From the human T2T-CHM13v2.0 reference genome, Homo sapiens: a stretch of DNA of 64,000 nucleotides. Shown in pieces: positions 52,131 to 64,000 of this stretch. The notes below the pieces were generated by a model. The model did not search any database and had not been told where the DNA came from. It saw only the letters and a list, made by a program, of their open reading frames with translations. The number at the start of each line of letters is the position of its first letter. Position 1 is the first letter of the stretch. The stretch lies in the NCBI RefSeq assembly GCF_009914755.1, contig NC_060937.1. One strand, written 5' to 3'. The position numbers and the translations under genes were made by a program.

Positions 52131-53542
52131 ATAGTGAAAAACATCCTTAAGGACACAAAAATGTGAGCACTTTGAGGACAAAATCTTGGTCTTTGTTCGC
52201 CACTGTCTCCATGACATCCAACATAAGTCCAAGCACATTGCAGACACTCGGTGTCATTGACTAACTCACTAAGGGTTAGTGAAATAGTTCATAATAATCC
52301 ACACAAAGGAATAATGTGTAGTTAAAAAAAACTTTTTCCTTATTGTAAAAAACAATAAGGAAGATCTAAAAATGACTGATGTGAACATTTTTGCATGATA
52401 ATTTTGGTGAAAACGCTGCAGAATAATGTTATACTATGATATCATTTGAGTAAAACCAAAATATGTAGACATTATATAAAAGTTATGTAAGTTATAATAC
52501 ATTATATACATATATAATGTTGTGGATACAGGAAAATGTCTAGAATAATATATGCAAATACATGTGAAAATCTCAATAGAGTTTCTAATAAAGGAAACTA
52601 GGGATGATGGGAGAAAGAGAATTTCACTTCTCATTTCTGACCTGTTATATTTTAATTTTATATGATGATGGTGTTTTTATAATTTAAATCATATAAATCA
52701 AAACTTAATAAAGACTACAGATGTTACCTGGAAATTTCTAGTCAAAAATTTAATCCTTTAAGTTAAATCACTAAAATACATGAGGGGAAAACATGTTATA
52801 TTATTCAAATAGAAATAAATTAACAAAAAATATTTCCATCAAAAGACTGACTAATCTTTTGATAAGTTTAATGATAAACTCACCATGGCAACCAATTTTA
52901 TCTGCCTCTATAACAAGAAGATCATTCAATAGGTTACTGAGAAGATAGAGATGTTATTTATGCTGGCAAAATAATATTTAGCTTGTGTACCATATCACCT
53001 AACAATTAGCAATCTGGAGAGATACAACTTTCTTACTAAATGGTGAAGTAACATTCAACTGAGAAAAACATAATTCAAGCTTAATGTTTGGGTGATACAG
53101 AAAAATGTGGTCTGAAACAGGCAGTGAATGACTTGTTTGGCACAAATATTGGAAAAGTGAAAAACAGTTCATCAGGAAAACCAAAAGCCACTAAGTCCTA
53201 GGTGGAGACCAACTGGACATATGCAAATTCAACAGTCAAGGCAATTTCTGCTAATATATCACAAATTTCACAATCAGCAATAGACTACAATTGTAAAACA
53301 AAGTTCTTCGTGTTAACTCTGAAAGTGTCTGTCAGCATGGATAGCACAGGCAGATTGGGGAAGACCATAAAAAGCATAATTCTGCTTTTAATTTTAGGTG
53401 AGCTATTATATAAAGAATGGTGATAACTGTTTGTCATCTCTTATAAAAACAGTATTAAGAAAAATTATATGACAGAATTTTATTCAGATGTAAGTAGGGA
53501 TGTGGTGAATTTCTGAGGCATTAAATTATCAGCCTGGCAATC

Positions 53543-53704
53543 TTTATTTTATTTTGTATTTTATTTTATTATATTTTATTGTATTTTAGGGATGGAGTCT
53601 CAATATGTTGCTCAAGCTTGCCTTGAACTCCTGGGTTCCAGTGATCTTCCTGTCTCCGCCTCCTGAGTAGCTAGGACTGCCAGGCATGTGCCATCACACC
53701 CAGC
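53543..53704 (-). mobile_element. FLAM (free left Alu monomer)
   Basis: (TTTTA)n tail, then 'ggagtctcaatatgttgctcaagcttgccttgaactcctgggttcc...ccatcacacccagc'. TSD cagcctggcaatcttta at 53530-46 and caccctggcaatcttta at 53707-23. Confidence 0.92.
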
Positions 53705-53739
53705 TCCACCCTGGCAATCTTTAACACAAGTTGATGGAA

Positions 53740-53868
53740 GTCAGATGTGGTGGCACATACCTGTAATCCCCGCTACTCGGGAGAATGAGGCAGGGGGATT
53801 GCTTGAGCCTAGGAGTTCAAGGCCAGCCTGGGCAACACAATGAGACTCACCCTTTCAAAAAAAAAAAT
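53740..53868 (+). mobile_element. FLAM (free left Alu monomer)
   Basis: 'gtggtggcacatacctgtaatccc...ggattgcttgagcctaggagttcaaggccagcctgggcaacac', then poly-A. Confidence 0.92.
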
Positions 53869-54099
53869 CAGAAACTAGTGCATAGATACCATCTGTTTGG
53901 AAGGCCTGGTTAAGATGGTGTCCACAAGCTAGAGGCCTGACCAGGAGCTTTGCATCTCACCACGCCCGAGTGGAGTTGCTGTTCAAAGGCAGGGACCAGT
54001 TTTTTTCCATTATTTCACCAGTACCTAGTACTGTGCCTGAGCAAGTTTAAAAAAATTCTCTGGTCTTAAATGTTTACAATTTAAAATAGAATTAATCTG

Positions 54100-54860
54100 T
54101 TATCTGACAATAAAGTTGTAAAATTTTAAGTAAAATGATGTTATAAAAGTATTACATGCTGCTTCAAGAAAATATGAAACATTCAGGGAAAAAAAAATAA
54201 AAGAACCATATTCCTTCACTTAGAAACATCCATATAGTAAATGTCTTTCATCTCTCTCTCTCTCTCTCTGTGTGTCTCTAAGGTATTTCATATATTTTAA
54301 GCATAAACATAATTTTTACTCTGATTTTTATTTTATGCTGTATTGGAAGCATTTCCTATGTTACTACACAATTTTAATAAATCATATTTCAAAATCTGTA
54401 TCATATTACATGAAATGACTTTACCACTGAATCTCAAAACATTTCTCTATAGATAGAAATTTCAGCTGTTTTCATTACTGTAACACTTTGCCTACTTAGG
54501 TTTGTTTTCTTAGGATAGATTCTCAGAAACAGAATTACTTACCAAATATATAAAAGCTTTTAAGGATCTTTACACATATTGTCAACCTGCTTGCCAAGAA
54601 TTTACTTCTGTAAACAATATAAGTTGAATTTCACTTACATGCTTTGAACTGTAAGTGAGCATAAATATATAGACATATAGACATATATATTGTACATTGC
54701 ATTGTATTTTATGTCTGGGTATTTGTTTTTCCTTCTTGCTGAATTGTCTGTTCAAGCTGTTTGTCATTTATTTGTTTGTCTTAATGTTTTTCTTATTGAT
54801 TATTATGAATTCATGATAGAGTAAATATATTAGTCCTTTGTCATGTTTGTAGCAACTGGT
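54100..54860 (-). mobile_element. Old L1M (L1ME-like) remnants with (TC)n at about 54251-54270
   Basis: 'ttcttaggatagattctcagaaacagaattact', 'ttgctgaattgtctgttcaag', 'atattagtcctttgtca' resemble antisense L1M. Confidence 0.6.
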
Positions 54861-55819
54861 GTTTGGGTATATATTCTGTGTAAAGTGCTTTCAAAATTTG
54901 TTGTCAGATAAATTTGATTTAATGCAAGTATCATTGTTACCACTGAATAAATGCATTAAAGTATTATTTCCTTGCTTATGCTGTTTGCTGAAAGAAATGA
55001 ATGCATGAACATTTATACAATAAGCAGTTAACATGGTTTTAAAAGGACACAGTTTCTGTATTCATATTAGCTAGTTACTCCACATGCTCTACAGAGATAT
55101 TATTAGTTTCATCTTGCTATGTGAAGGAGTGATTTAGTCAATTACCCTTGGTTTTGTGGTAAATACTTATCAGAATTAATATTACGATATACAGTTTTTG
55201 GTTAATTTGGTGTCTAGTGAAATTTTTCTTGAAATTAAATTCTGAATCTTTGCCAAATTTTTAACAATTTTTATATCTCATATTGGTTTGCCAGTTCCCC
55301 AGCACGCCTTCCTGCAAAATAAAACTCCATCATACTCATTCTTCTCTTCACCATTCTGTCTCGTCCATTTGCCGTGTTCCAGTCACAGCCATTCATGTAA
55401 TTTTCTCTAAATACTCCATGAACATTTATAACTCTGAGCCACGCACCTCCATTTTCTGTCCAGAGTGCATTTCTTCCCATTTCTCAACATACCAAACTCC
55501 AACCCATCATCAATGGAAGCTAAAATCAAATATTATTTCTCCCACGAATTCTTTTGGAAAGCCCCAGATGAGTGAGCTCCTTTGAGTACTCGTTCCATCT
55601 ATTTAGGTTCACTGGAGTTAATATCACGTTGTGTTTCATTAATTTTCATATGTCCATTTTCCCTACAAAACTATAAGTTTAAATTCCAAATAACTAGTAC
55701 AGTGTCTGGGTCTGCAATAAATGTTATGAATGACAATCGCTATCATCGAGCACTTTTGGATGTCTGTCTGATGTGTGGTCAAGTAGACAGCATGGCACAA
55801 AAATAATTCCAAAAATTTA

Positions 55820-56525
55820 ATCTGAATCTTTCCTCTTCTTTCCACCCTGGCTCCCACCTCTGTAGACCAGGTCACCGTCGTTTCTCACATGGGCCACGTT
55901 GGTAGCCTCCTAACCTAAGTCTCTGCTTCTTCCTTTGCCCCAACCCAATAGTCTATTCTCTAGTGAGGACTCAGAAGAATCTTTTTGAAACATACATGTG
56001 ATCTGTCTCTCCTCTGCAATGGCTTCCAGTTGCAAAAAAAGTAATACTCAGACTCCTTAGCCTGTCCAGCTGCTCTCCACACACCAACCCTGGCCGAATT
56101 TTTTGATTCCCTCCACTTTGCCAACAGTCTCCAGCCACTCTGACATTTTTTCTTTTCCTCAAACACCCCTTAGGTTTTCAGTGCTGTAGCCTTTTTACCG
56201 ACAGTTCCCTCCCCATTTTCCCTCTTTCACTTTCTTGGCTTGCTTTTTATTATCATGAAATTTGAGTTTAAATATCACAAACGCAGAGAAGCTTTCCCGG
56301 ACAACTCATTCTAATAAACCCCTTTGTCTTTTAATCATTTCACTCTATGTTACTTCATGCATTTCTTACTCTTTGTTTATTTGACTTTTTTGCTTAAAAA
56401 TTATGATTACTTGTATCTCACCATTGAATGTAAGCTTTAGGATAGAAGATACCTTGTCCATAATTTATTTCACCCTTGTAAGTCCAGTACTTGGCACAAA
56501 GCAGGTGCAAAGTAAATATTCCTAA
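55820..56525 (+). mobile_element. L2 fragment
   Basis: 'gtttctcacatgggccac...tagcctcctaac', 'gcaatggcttcca', 'cattgaatgtaagc...gtacttggcacaaagcaggtgcaaagtaaatatt'. Confidence 0.75.
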
Positions 56526-56554
56526 ATGTGGATATGGTGATGGCAGGAACGGTA

Positions 56555-56878
56555 GTAATAATATCTAACATTTATTAAATGACTACGGCACACAAGGTCC
56601 TGTCCTAAATACTGCATATGTGTTAATTTATTTATTTTAAATAAAAATGCATACCCAGATGAAACTCTGCAGTAGAAATGGTAGTCATTGTCATTATCCC
56701 AATTTTACAGATAGGAAAACTGAGACACAAAGCTGTGAAATAACTAGCCCAAGATCGTATAGATATTGAGTGATATATCTATATATATCTATATATCACT
56801 CAATATAGATATTGAGGGCCAGAGTTTGAATTATGTCACACTGACAGGAGACCCAACTGTCTTAACCACTGTACTATG
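56555..56878 (-). mobile_element. MIR SINE carrying an internal fold-back insertion
   Basis: 'aatatctaacatttattaaatgactac...attatcccaattttacagataggaaaactgagacaca...taactagcccaagatc...tcttaaccact'. Confidence 0.85.
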
Positions 56879-57746
56879 TACATCTCATTTTAAAATAAGG
56901 AAAGAAATTCATTGATAAGACTTTTAAAGATAGCTTCAAACGTAGTTTAATTTAATAAACAAATATATCTCATGAGTTCACAGAAGATTTTTTAAAAATA
57001 AAGCAGGTTAGGCTGTCATTGTTGATATCATATCCTATGACCTGTCACGAAATAAATAAAAACTAGTTATGTGAGAGCTAATTCCAATGTCTGTCCTTAG
57101 AAAAAGGCAAAGACTTTTCCTCTAGTTGAAGGGAATATAAGGGACATCACTACATTGCATTATTTTGAAAAAAAGGTAGCAACGCTGGACATATGGTGTG
57201 GTTCAAGCCCGTGCTGAGTAACTTTTGGACAGGGACACTAAAAAATAGACCTAACCTAGTTAATAATAGCAAACCACTGATCCGTCGACTAATCGTGTTT
57301 ATAGGAAATAGAATTCATGACAAAAAGAAATAGCAGCATGGGACAGAATTAATCCACAACATGTAATTTCCTTCCTGTGCATAGCCTTCACCAAAAGGAA
57401 ATCTGAAGACTCGCCACCTGTTCAGAGGTTTGCTTTTCAGAAGATTTGGAATGGCCTCCCCTCAAAACGACTCAAGGCATTCATTTATGCCACATGATAA
57501 AAATAAGCACTGTGCTTGCTGAAAAGTGAATTTTGTGATCTAAAGAAGAATGAAGTAAAAAATAGTTACATTTTCAAACTTAATTTTAGTAACAGATTGT
57601 GTGTGTACTAATATAGAACACCTGAAATGTCATAAGCAGAAATTAGTGATTTTTATTATTTTTTAACTGATCAAGCTGTTTTCCTAATTTATAGTAAATG
57701 CTTTTCCACCTCTTAAAAATCTTTAATTTCTTTTCTCTTTCTACAG

Positions 57747-57975
57747 GTCCAGGAGTTTAGGACCAGCCTGGCAACATAGTGAGACTCCAGCTAATAATAC
57801 AAAAATTAGCAGGGCATGGTGGTGAGTGCCTGTAGTCTCAACTACTTAAAAGGCTGAGGTGGGAGAATTGCTTGAGCCCTGGAGTTCAAGGCTGCAGTGA
57901 ACCGTGATTGCACCACTCTACTCCAACCTGGGAGACAGAGCAAGAGCAAGACCCTGTCTCAAAAAAAAAAAAAAG
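57747..57975 (+). mobile_element. 5'-truncated AluJ followed by a GA-rich tail (to about 58058)
   Basis: 'ccaggagtttaggaccagcctggcaacatagtgagac...aaaaattagc...ttgcttgagccctggagttcaaggctgcagtga...gaccctgtctcaaaa'. Confidence 0.93.
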
Positions 57976-58890
57976 GAAGAAAGAAGTCTCAAAAATGAAA
58001 GAGAGAGAGAAAAGAGAAAGGGAAGGAAGGGAAGGGGAAAAGAAAAGAAAAAAGAAACTGACAGCAATAGTAGTCACCTTGAGGGGTTTGTTGAGAGCTG
58101 TAGATATCATGTGGAAAACTGCTGGCACGTAGCAAATGTTCTATCGTGGATCTGCCATTGCCACTATCCCTTGCCTGTGCCTGGCTAGCTACACATGGGG
58201 CTCCCACCGCATTCTGCAATTCCCTGTATCATTCATTCTCTTCAAACATGCTTTTTGGATACTTAATACAATAACATCACTGAATCCCACAGTGAATCCC
58301 ACCTTGGGGCACCTATACCTCTGAGTGTCGGAAAGATTTTGATTTTTTTAAGTTCCATAAGGAATGCTGCATGTATCTGTGGCAACATTGTACAAACTAA
58401 AATGTCAAGTTGCTTTCTAATGGATCTGGAATTTTATTAGTTATTTATTTGTCCCCTACCCCCACCCACACAAACCCATATTTTAATATTCATGAAAGCA
58501 AGGATGCTGTCTCTTTGGATTTTGAATGCTGTGTCCAGCAAAATGCAGGTTGCAGGTGATGAATAAACAAGAAGAATGAAATGCCAATTTTATAAAATGT
58601 TGCTCAGAAGTTCTGATTAACACTCATATATATAATATATTTTTTAAAGAATGCAGCTTGTTTAGAATGTTAAAAGCCTGTCAAACAAGGGGTTCAAACC
58701 CACACATACACACATACACATACATACTAAAAGAAGCCATTGGCCCTTGGTGGAAGAAATATTGAAAACCAATGATTTAACCCATATTCTGGTTATGTCT
58801 GACTTGGAGTATTCTGTCTTTGATCCTCAGATATGGAATGTAGAAACCATGCCCATATATCTTGTAACCAATGTAGAGTTTTAGTTTTGT

Positions 58891-58951
58891 TTTTACTCGT
58901 CATTATTTAATAAATAATAAATAATTATTTATTAAATAATGACGAGTAAAA
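58891..58951. repeat. Perfect inverted repeat, 28-bp arms with a 5-nt spacer
   Basis: ttttactcgtcattatttaataaataat (58891-918) and attatttattaaataatgacgagtaaaa (58924-951) are exact reverse complements. Confidence 0.97.
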
Positions 58952-59246
58952 TAGCATTTTACTCGTAATAGCATTCAACATGGTAACAGCATTCAACTCA
59001 TAAGTATCTATAAAATCCAAAATAATTAAATGTATCTTGATTTTCTGTGAACACATCAGGATTGTATTTTGCCTAGGACAGAATCTTAGCACATATTTGA
59101 AGCATTTTCTCCTGTATGCATTAAATTATGTCCTATCTTCATAGCAAATGACAGAGATTAACTATTTTCTCTGCATTTTGACCTTGTGGGTAATACTTCC
59201 TGTAATGTCCTGCAGAAGCTGCTAATCTGCCAACTGAGATTAGGCA

Positions 59247-59250
<4 letters not shown>

Positions 59251-59303
<53 letters not shown>
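59251..59303. repeat. (TC)n microsatellite
   Basis: Directly visible. Confidence 0.95.
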
Positions 59304-60312
59304 GCCACTCTAAAATTCCAAAGGGGTCATATTTGTTTTGGTATTTTTATAAATTAAAAAATATGCCAAAAATATTATCTAATGAAGAATTTAAATCATA
59401 ACATCTGGACAAGGGGCTATTATATTTTTTTACAACCTCTGAAAATTTGTATTTAAAATAGAATGGATTTCTCTCCTAATCTTTACATCAAACATAACAT
59501 TTGAAATATTTGAAAAGATGATAAAAATGAATTTGAAAGTAAAGATCCAAGTATTCAGCCATAAAGGCATTCCATTGGGAAATTACTTGCCAATAATCTC
59601 AACAGCTGAAATGGATCCTTGCAAAGAACATTAGATATAGAATCGGGATCTCAGACTTTTATGCCTAATAAACTAGATTTCGGAACACAAATAGGACTTC
59701 TAAAGTTCTGTCCTGTGAGTAGTGTGAGTCCAAAGGATTCTGGATCCTCCAAGAAAATACTTCTTTCCAATTGTCACCTCTGCTTAGCTTAGACAACTCA
59801 GGCTCCAATTTAACTCCCTCTACAATCTTCCCAAGAGTAGCAAAAAGGAACAGTTATTTAAAATGAAACATATATACAAGACAGAATGAGACCACTGACT
59901 GATCTCAGCAACATAATAATAAAATAATTGTAATCTTAAATTGAGTTTAAGAGCAATGAACAGTAAAAAAACAAACAAAACAAGCTTCCTTCATACCTAC
60001 TTCTTGAGCTACTTCTCTACTACTGTAAAGATTAAAGTGGAATTTTACTTTTAGGAAGCATTGTAGAATATGAAATGACTATAAAAGTTAGTAATTCCCT
60101 ATGAAATGTTTTCAGCAAATTGTTCAGTCTGAGACGTAGTTTTTCCATTAGTTAAGTAGAGACTCAAAGTTGGCCTGAGAATTGCATAATTCTGAGATAA
60201 TGTAAGTGAAAACCATTGCACAGATGAAATCTCAGTCAACAGTGCTTTTGCCTTAACTACTGAATAATACTAACTAGAGGCTTCTGGAAATCTCTGTCTT
60301 CCTAACTTGGAA

Positions 60313-60346
<34 letters not shown>

Positions 60347-60348
60347 AC

Positions 60349-60395
<47 letters not shown>

Positions 60396-60400
60396 CACAT
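60313..60400. repeat. Compound (AC)15-GTAC-(GT)12-(AT)n microsatellite
   Basis: Directly visible; self-complementary around 60346/60347. Confidence 0.95.
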
Positions 60401-62641
60401 TATTGGTTCATCATTTCTGAAATCAGAAGCACTTCAGCAAAGATCTCTTGAAATCTCCAAACTACTGACATATTTAGAGTATGGAAACTTTCTTAATGTT
60501 CATTGCATCTGACACAGACCATCAAACAGAAATTCTCCAGCTCTGAAAAGATTGTTTGTTCACTGTCAGTTCAAAGAATTATTTTTCCTTTTAAGAAGTT
60601 TGAAAGCCTTTGGTGCATTATTCAACTTGCCTACAAAACATGTAAGTGTCACGGTATGCAGTCTTCTTTCTGAAACAGTATAAACAAACTACAAAGAGAT
60701 GTGTGTTTGAGCCCTAATGTTTTCAGAGAATTTTTTATTTAAGCAACATCTTATGTAAGCAACCAGAAACACAGGAATGATATGTTTAGTTACTATAACA
60801 GCATGACATTTTAAAATTGACAGTAAATTATGCAAAGAGTTAGAGATTATGAGGCCTCAGTGTTGCAAACAATAATAGGATAAAGTTACTTTGACTAACT
60901 TGGTAGTATGTTCACAGGTATCTGTGCTGATGGTCACCTATCTAAAATTAATGGAGGCCAAGAAGCAAAAGTTATGAAGCTAAGGGTGCTTGCTAAAAGC
61001 ATGTCAACCTACAAAGATGATGGAAGGATTAATATGTTGCCTAACTTTCATCATTTTAAATTGTAATTCCTTTATCTGTTCAAATATTTTGTAGATTAAT
61101 TTTATCAACTGCCACATTACTAGAATATGGCCAATTTTACCCACCTTATTTTTAAACAGATGCCAGAGATTGTGGTTGACGAAAATTGTTTTTAGAATGA
61201 CTATCAAGAAGATCTATTTTAGAAATCACTATTCACTTTATATTCCTATTTAAAACAACTGCAGTGTCTCTTTGTTTTAAATTTGCACATTCCTCATTAA
61301 TTCTAAAGTTGAGCTTAAGCTGAAAGTTATTCAAAACTTGGAAAACCATGACTCACTGTCCTAAAGGAGAGAATGTCCCCCTCTCAGCTATCTCTGGGAA
61401 GTGTGCAGGGCACTCAATGCCCTCCCTCCCAGGCAAGAGCAGCATGCTGGCCCCACCGCGTGCCCACTGGTGTTATGTAGATGATTCCTCATCAGCTTGA
61501 CTTACCAGCCCAACCTGCAGCCTTTAGACACTATTCCCTTTCCCAGGGGAGGGACCTGGAGGAGCTCCAGGCAGATCGGGAGGCCAGCCCTGGGCTCTGC
61601 TCTGCTGCCTCCCATTACCCCGCTGGACAGCATCCCAAGCAGGGGAGGATCCCAGGAGAGGGAAGACTTTTCATAAGCTCAACCATTTACCAGATCTTCT
61701 TGAGAAACAGGAAGAAAGCCAACTACTGAACTCTGCTTTTCACACTAATTTTACAGCCATTCAAACCCTTCTCTGCCACATGTTGACATCCATTACAGTG
61801 AACCCACAAAAGTGCTCCTGCATTCACTGAGTTCTTAGCCTACTTTTGTAACTGACCTAATTTAATGTGTATTTGTTTATTTACATCCTTAATATCACCA
61901 TCCAAGTCATTATTACCTGTATTGGACTGCAAATTTTGCACAAATGGGATCATATCTGCTCAATTCACTTTGCAAAATGATTGCCCCAGAATCAAATACA
62001 AGCCTTAGAGTACATGCTTTTCTCTTGGGCTGACTGTGGTCTTTGAAGAGCCTCATTAAAGCTGCATTCAAGGTGGGAGCCCACCTACTATTCAACGGAA
62101 GTGGCTCTGCTACCAGCTTCCATAATTGAATTCTAATGAAATAACACAAAATGTAGCTAAAATCCTTTAGATGATCCCACTCATATCCATAGCCCATTAA
62201 AAGAGGCAATGAGTCACAGGCTAAGGGTTCTGAAGAGTGCCTTTCTTCACATATGACAAAACAATGGAGGCCCAGTGAGGTAAAACGGTTTGTGCAGAAT
62301 TAGAGCTGACTGGCATCCATCTCCTGAGGCTCAGGGTTGCCCTTCACAGAGGAAGCAGCGGACAAGTTGAAAACTGGAAAGGTGGCTTCAAGCTAAGCGC
62401 AAACAATACAGTGGTATGTACTGACATCAGCCATAGCCATTCCTGAAGTTGGTCTTTTATAAACTCATGCATTTCACCATCTGATGAGGTAGATGAAACA
62501 GGGGTGATTGAACATAGGTTCAAAATGCATCATTCCTTCTGGAAACAAAATCAAGTTGCTCTAAAACTCAGGCTTTTAGATGTGTGACCCCAAAATGCAA
62601 GTGTAAGCAATGTAAGTGTCACTCTACATACATTTTATGTA

Positions 62642-62691
62642 ATATATATATATATATATACATACACACACATACACACACACATACACAC
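62642..62691. repeat. (TA)n(CA)n compound microsatellite
   Basis: Directly visible. Confidence 0.9.
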
Positions 62692-63029
62692 TTCATTAAG
62701 CTCCAGTGTATGCATTACTCTGAAAAATCCCTCTCTGCTATCATAACGCTCATTTGTTACATTTTAAGATAAATGACTGAAAGCAAACAGCAATTGTGAG
62801 ACAGGAAATCAAATTCCATCAGATACAGAAGTCTGGTACCATCTGCCGAGGGTGCAATGATGAAGTATAAACACAGAGCGCATTTTGAGCCCTCCATAGT
62901 GACCTTGTACAAAAGTGCCCAGGAAACAAAGATGATGTGACACATTTTGCGACTTATATATACCAGCTGGATATAAAAGTCATAAAAAGCAAAGGTGATA
63001 TTATATATATTTGACATATATGAACTGGA

Positions 63030-63480
63030 TTGTTTTGTTTTAATTTATTTAAATGTTATTTTATGACTATGAAAGTACTGAGAACTAGTGGAAGAAAACT
63101 GGACAAATTAAAAATTTAAATTCCCCATAATCCCTCCATCAAGAGATTATTTTGAACATACAGCTATATTTTCTTCCAAACCTCTCTATACTTATGTATG
63201 TTTGTATAGATAGATAGATAAATAGATGATAGATTTAATAAGGTTTATACAATGTTTTCATTCTTCTCCCAAGTAATATATTTACATGGAAACATGTTTT
63301 ATGGAAAACATGGTATTTTGGTAGGTACCATCATACATAAGCTTATCTGTTAACTATTTCTTATTGTTGAAGGTTCAGGTTATTTCTACCTTTTGGCTAT
63401 TAAACTAACACTACAACTAGCAAAATTTTAACAAAATGCACATTACATTTAATCAATTTAGTTGCCAGGGTTTGCTTCTT
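63030..63480 (-). mobile_element. Old L1ME-like 3' remnant with a (GATA)n tract
   Basis: 'ttccccataatccctccatcaagaga', 'ctatttcttattgttgaaggttcaggttatttctacc...ttggctattaa' resemble antisense L1ME. Confidence 0.5.
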
Positions 63481-64000
63481 CACGTTCCAAATTTGAGTTA
63501 TATATTATGTGATTGTTTTTAATATATTATTTGTGTCTATTACTTTGTTCCTCATTTTGTATATTGTTGATCACTAATTTGTAATACTAATTCTAGTAAA
63601 CGTATGCCAGGCACCGTTCTAAGCACTTTCCATATATTTGCACATAGTACAAAATAATGGGCACAGTGCCCAATGCATACTCAATTATATTTTTTCTTTC
63701 CTCAGCTTTACTCCCCTTAAAAAAAGTAAGTTAAAAAAAAATTGAACCCTTCTTGGAAACAACACAGTCTAAAAGTCTAAGCTTTATAAACTAACCATTA
63801 ACATCTTGTTCAGAATAAAACCCTTTGGGAACTCTATTTGAAATACATCTAGGCTCCCCTGGAAAATGCCTGGCCATCAGTTCTCCCTGCTGAATGCACA
63901 GATGCCTTCCAAGTCTTCTCCCTAATATTATACAGATTCTTTCCTGCATTTACATCTATTGGAAACAGACTGACTTGGAGACATGCTGCCCAGAGACCAG

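Overview
This is primate (human-like) non-coding DNA: AT-rich, CpG-depleted, intronic or intergenic, and dense in interspersed repeats. The repeats include Alu/FLAM, L1PA/L1MA/L1MB/L1M, L2, MIR, CR1/L3, MaLR LTRs (MLT1A0-, MST-, THE1-type), a MER41 ERV1 solo LTR, and the DNA transposons MER2, MER5 and MER20. The only gene-like sequence I recognise is a full-length, disabled processed pseudogene of ribosomal protein L39 (minus strand, about 46.84-47.27 kb). No host protein-coding exon is confidently identifiable, and I cannot name the locus. The ORF track is explained by L1 ORF2 remnants, repeats and chance. I see no convincing new biological system. The most interesting signals are: a 10 x 38-bp minisatellite born inside an old L1 3' end; several fold-back (template-switch-like) palindromes, including a perfect 28-bp-arm AT-rich cruciform candidate; a head-to-head FLAM pair; a candidate sense-Alu exon; a speculative minus-strand spliced small ORF; and a GC-richer unique island beside the MER41 LTR. 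Repeat subfamily names come from remembered consensus motifs, and boundaries of old elements are approximate (+/-20-50 bp).
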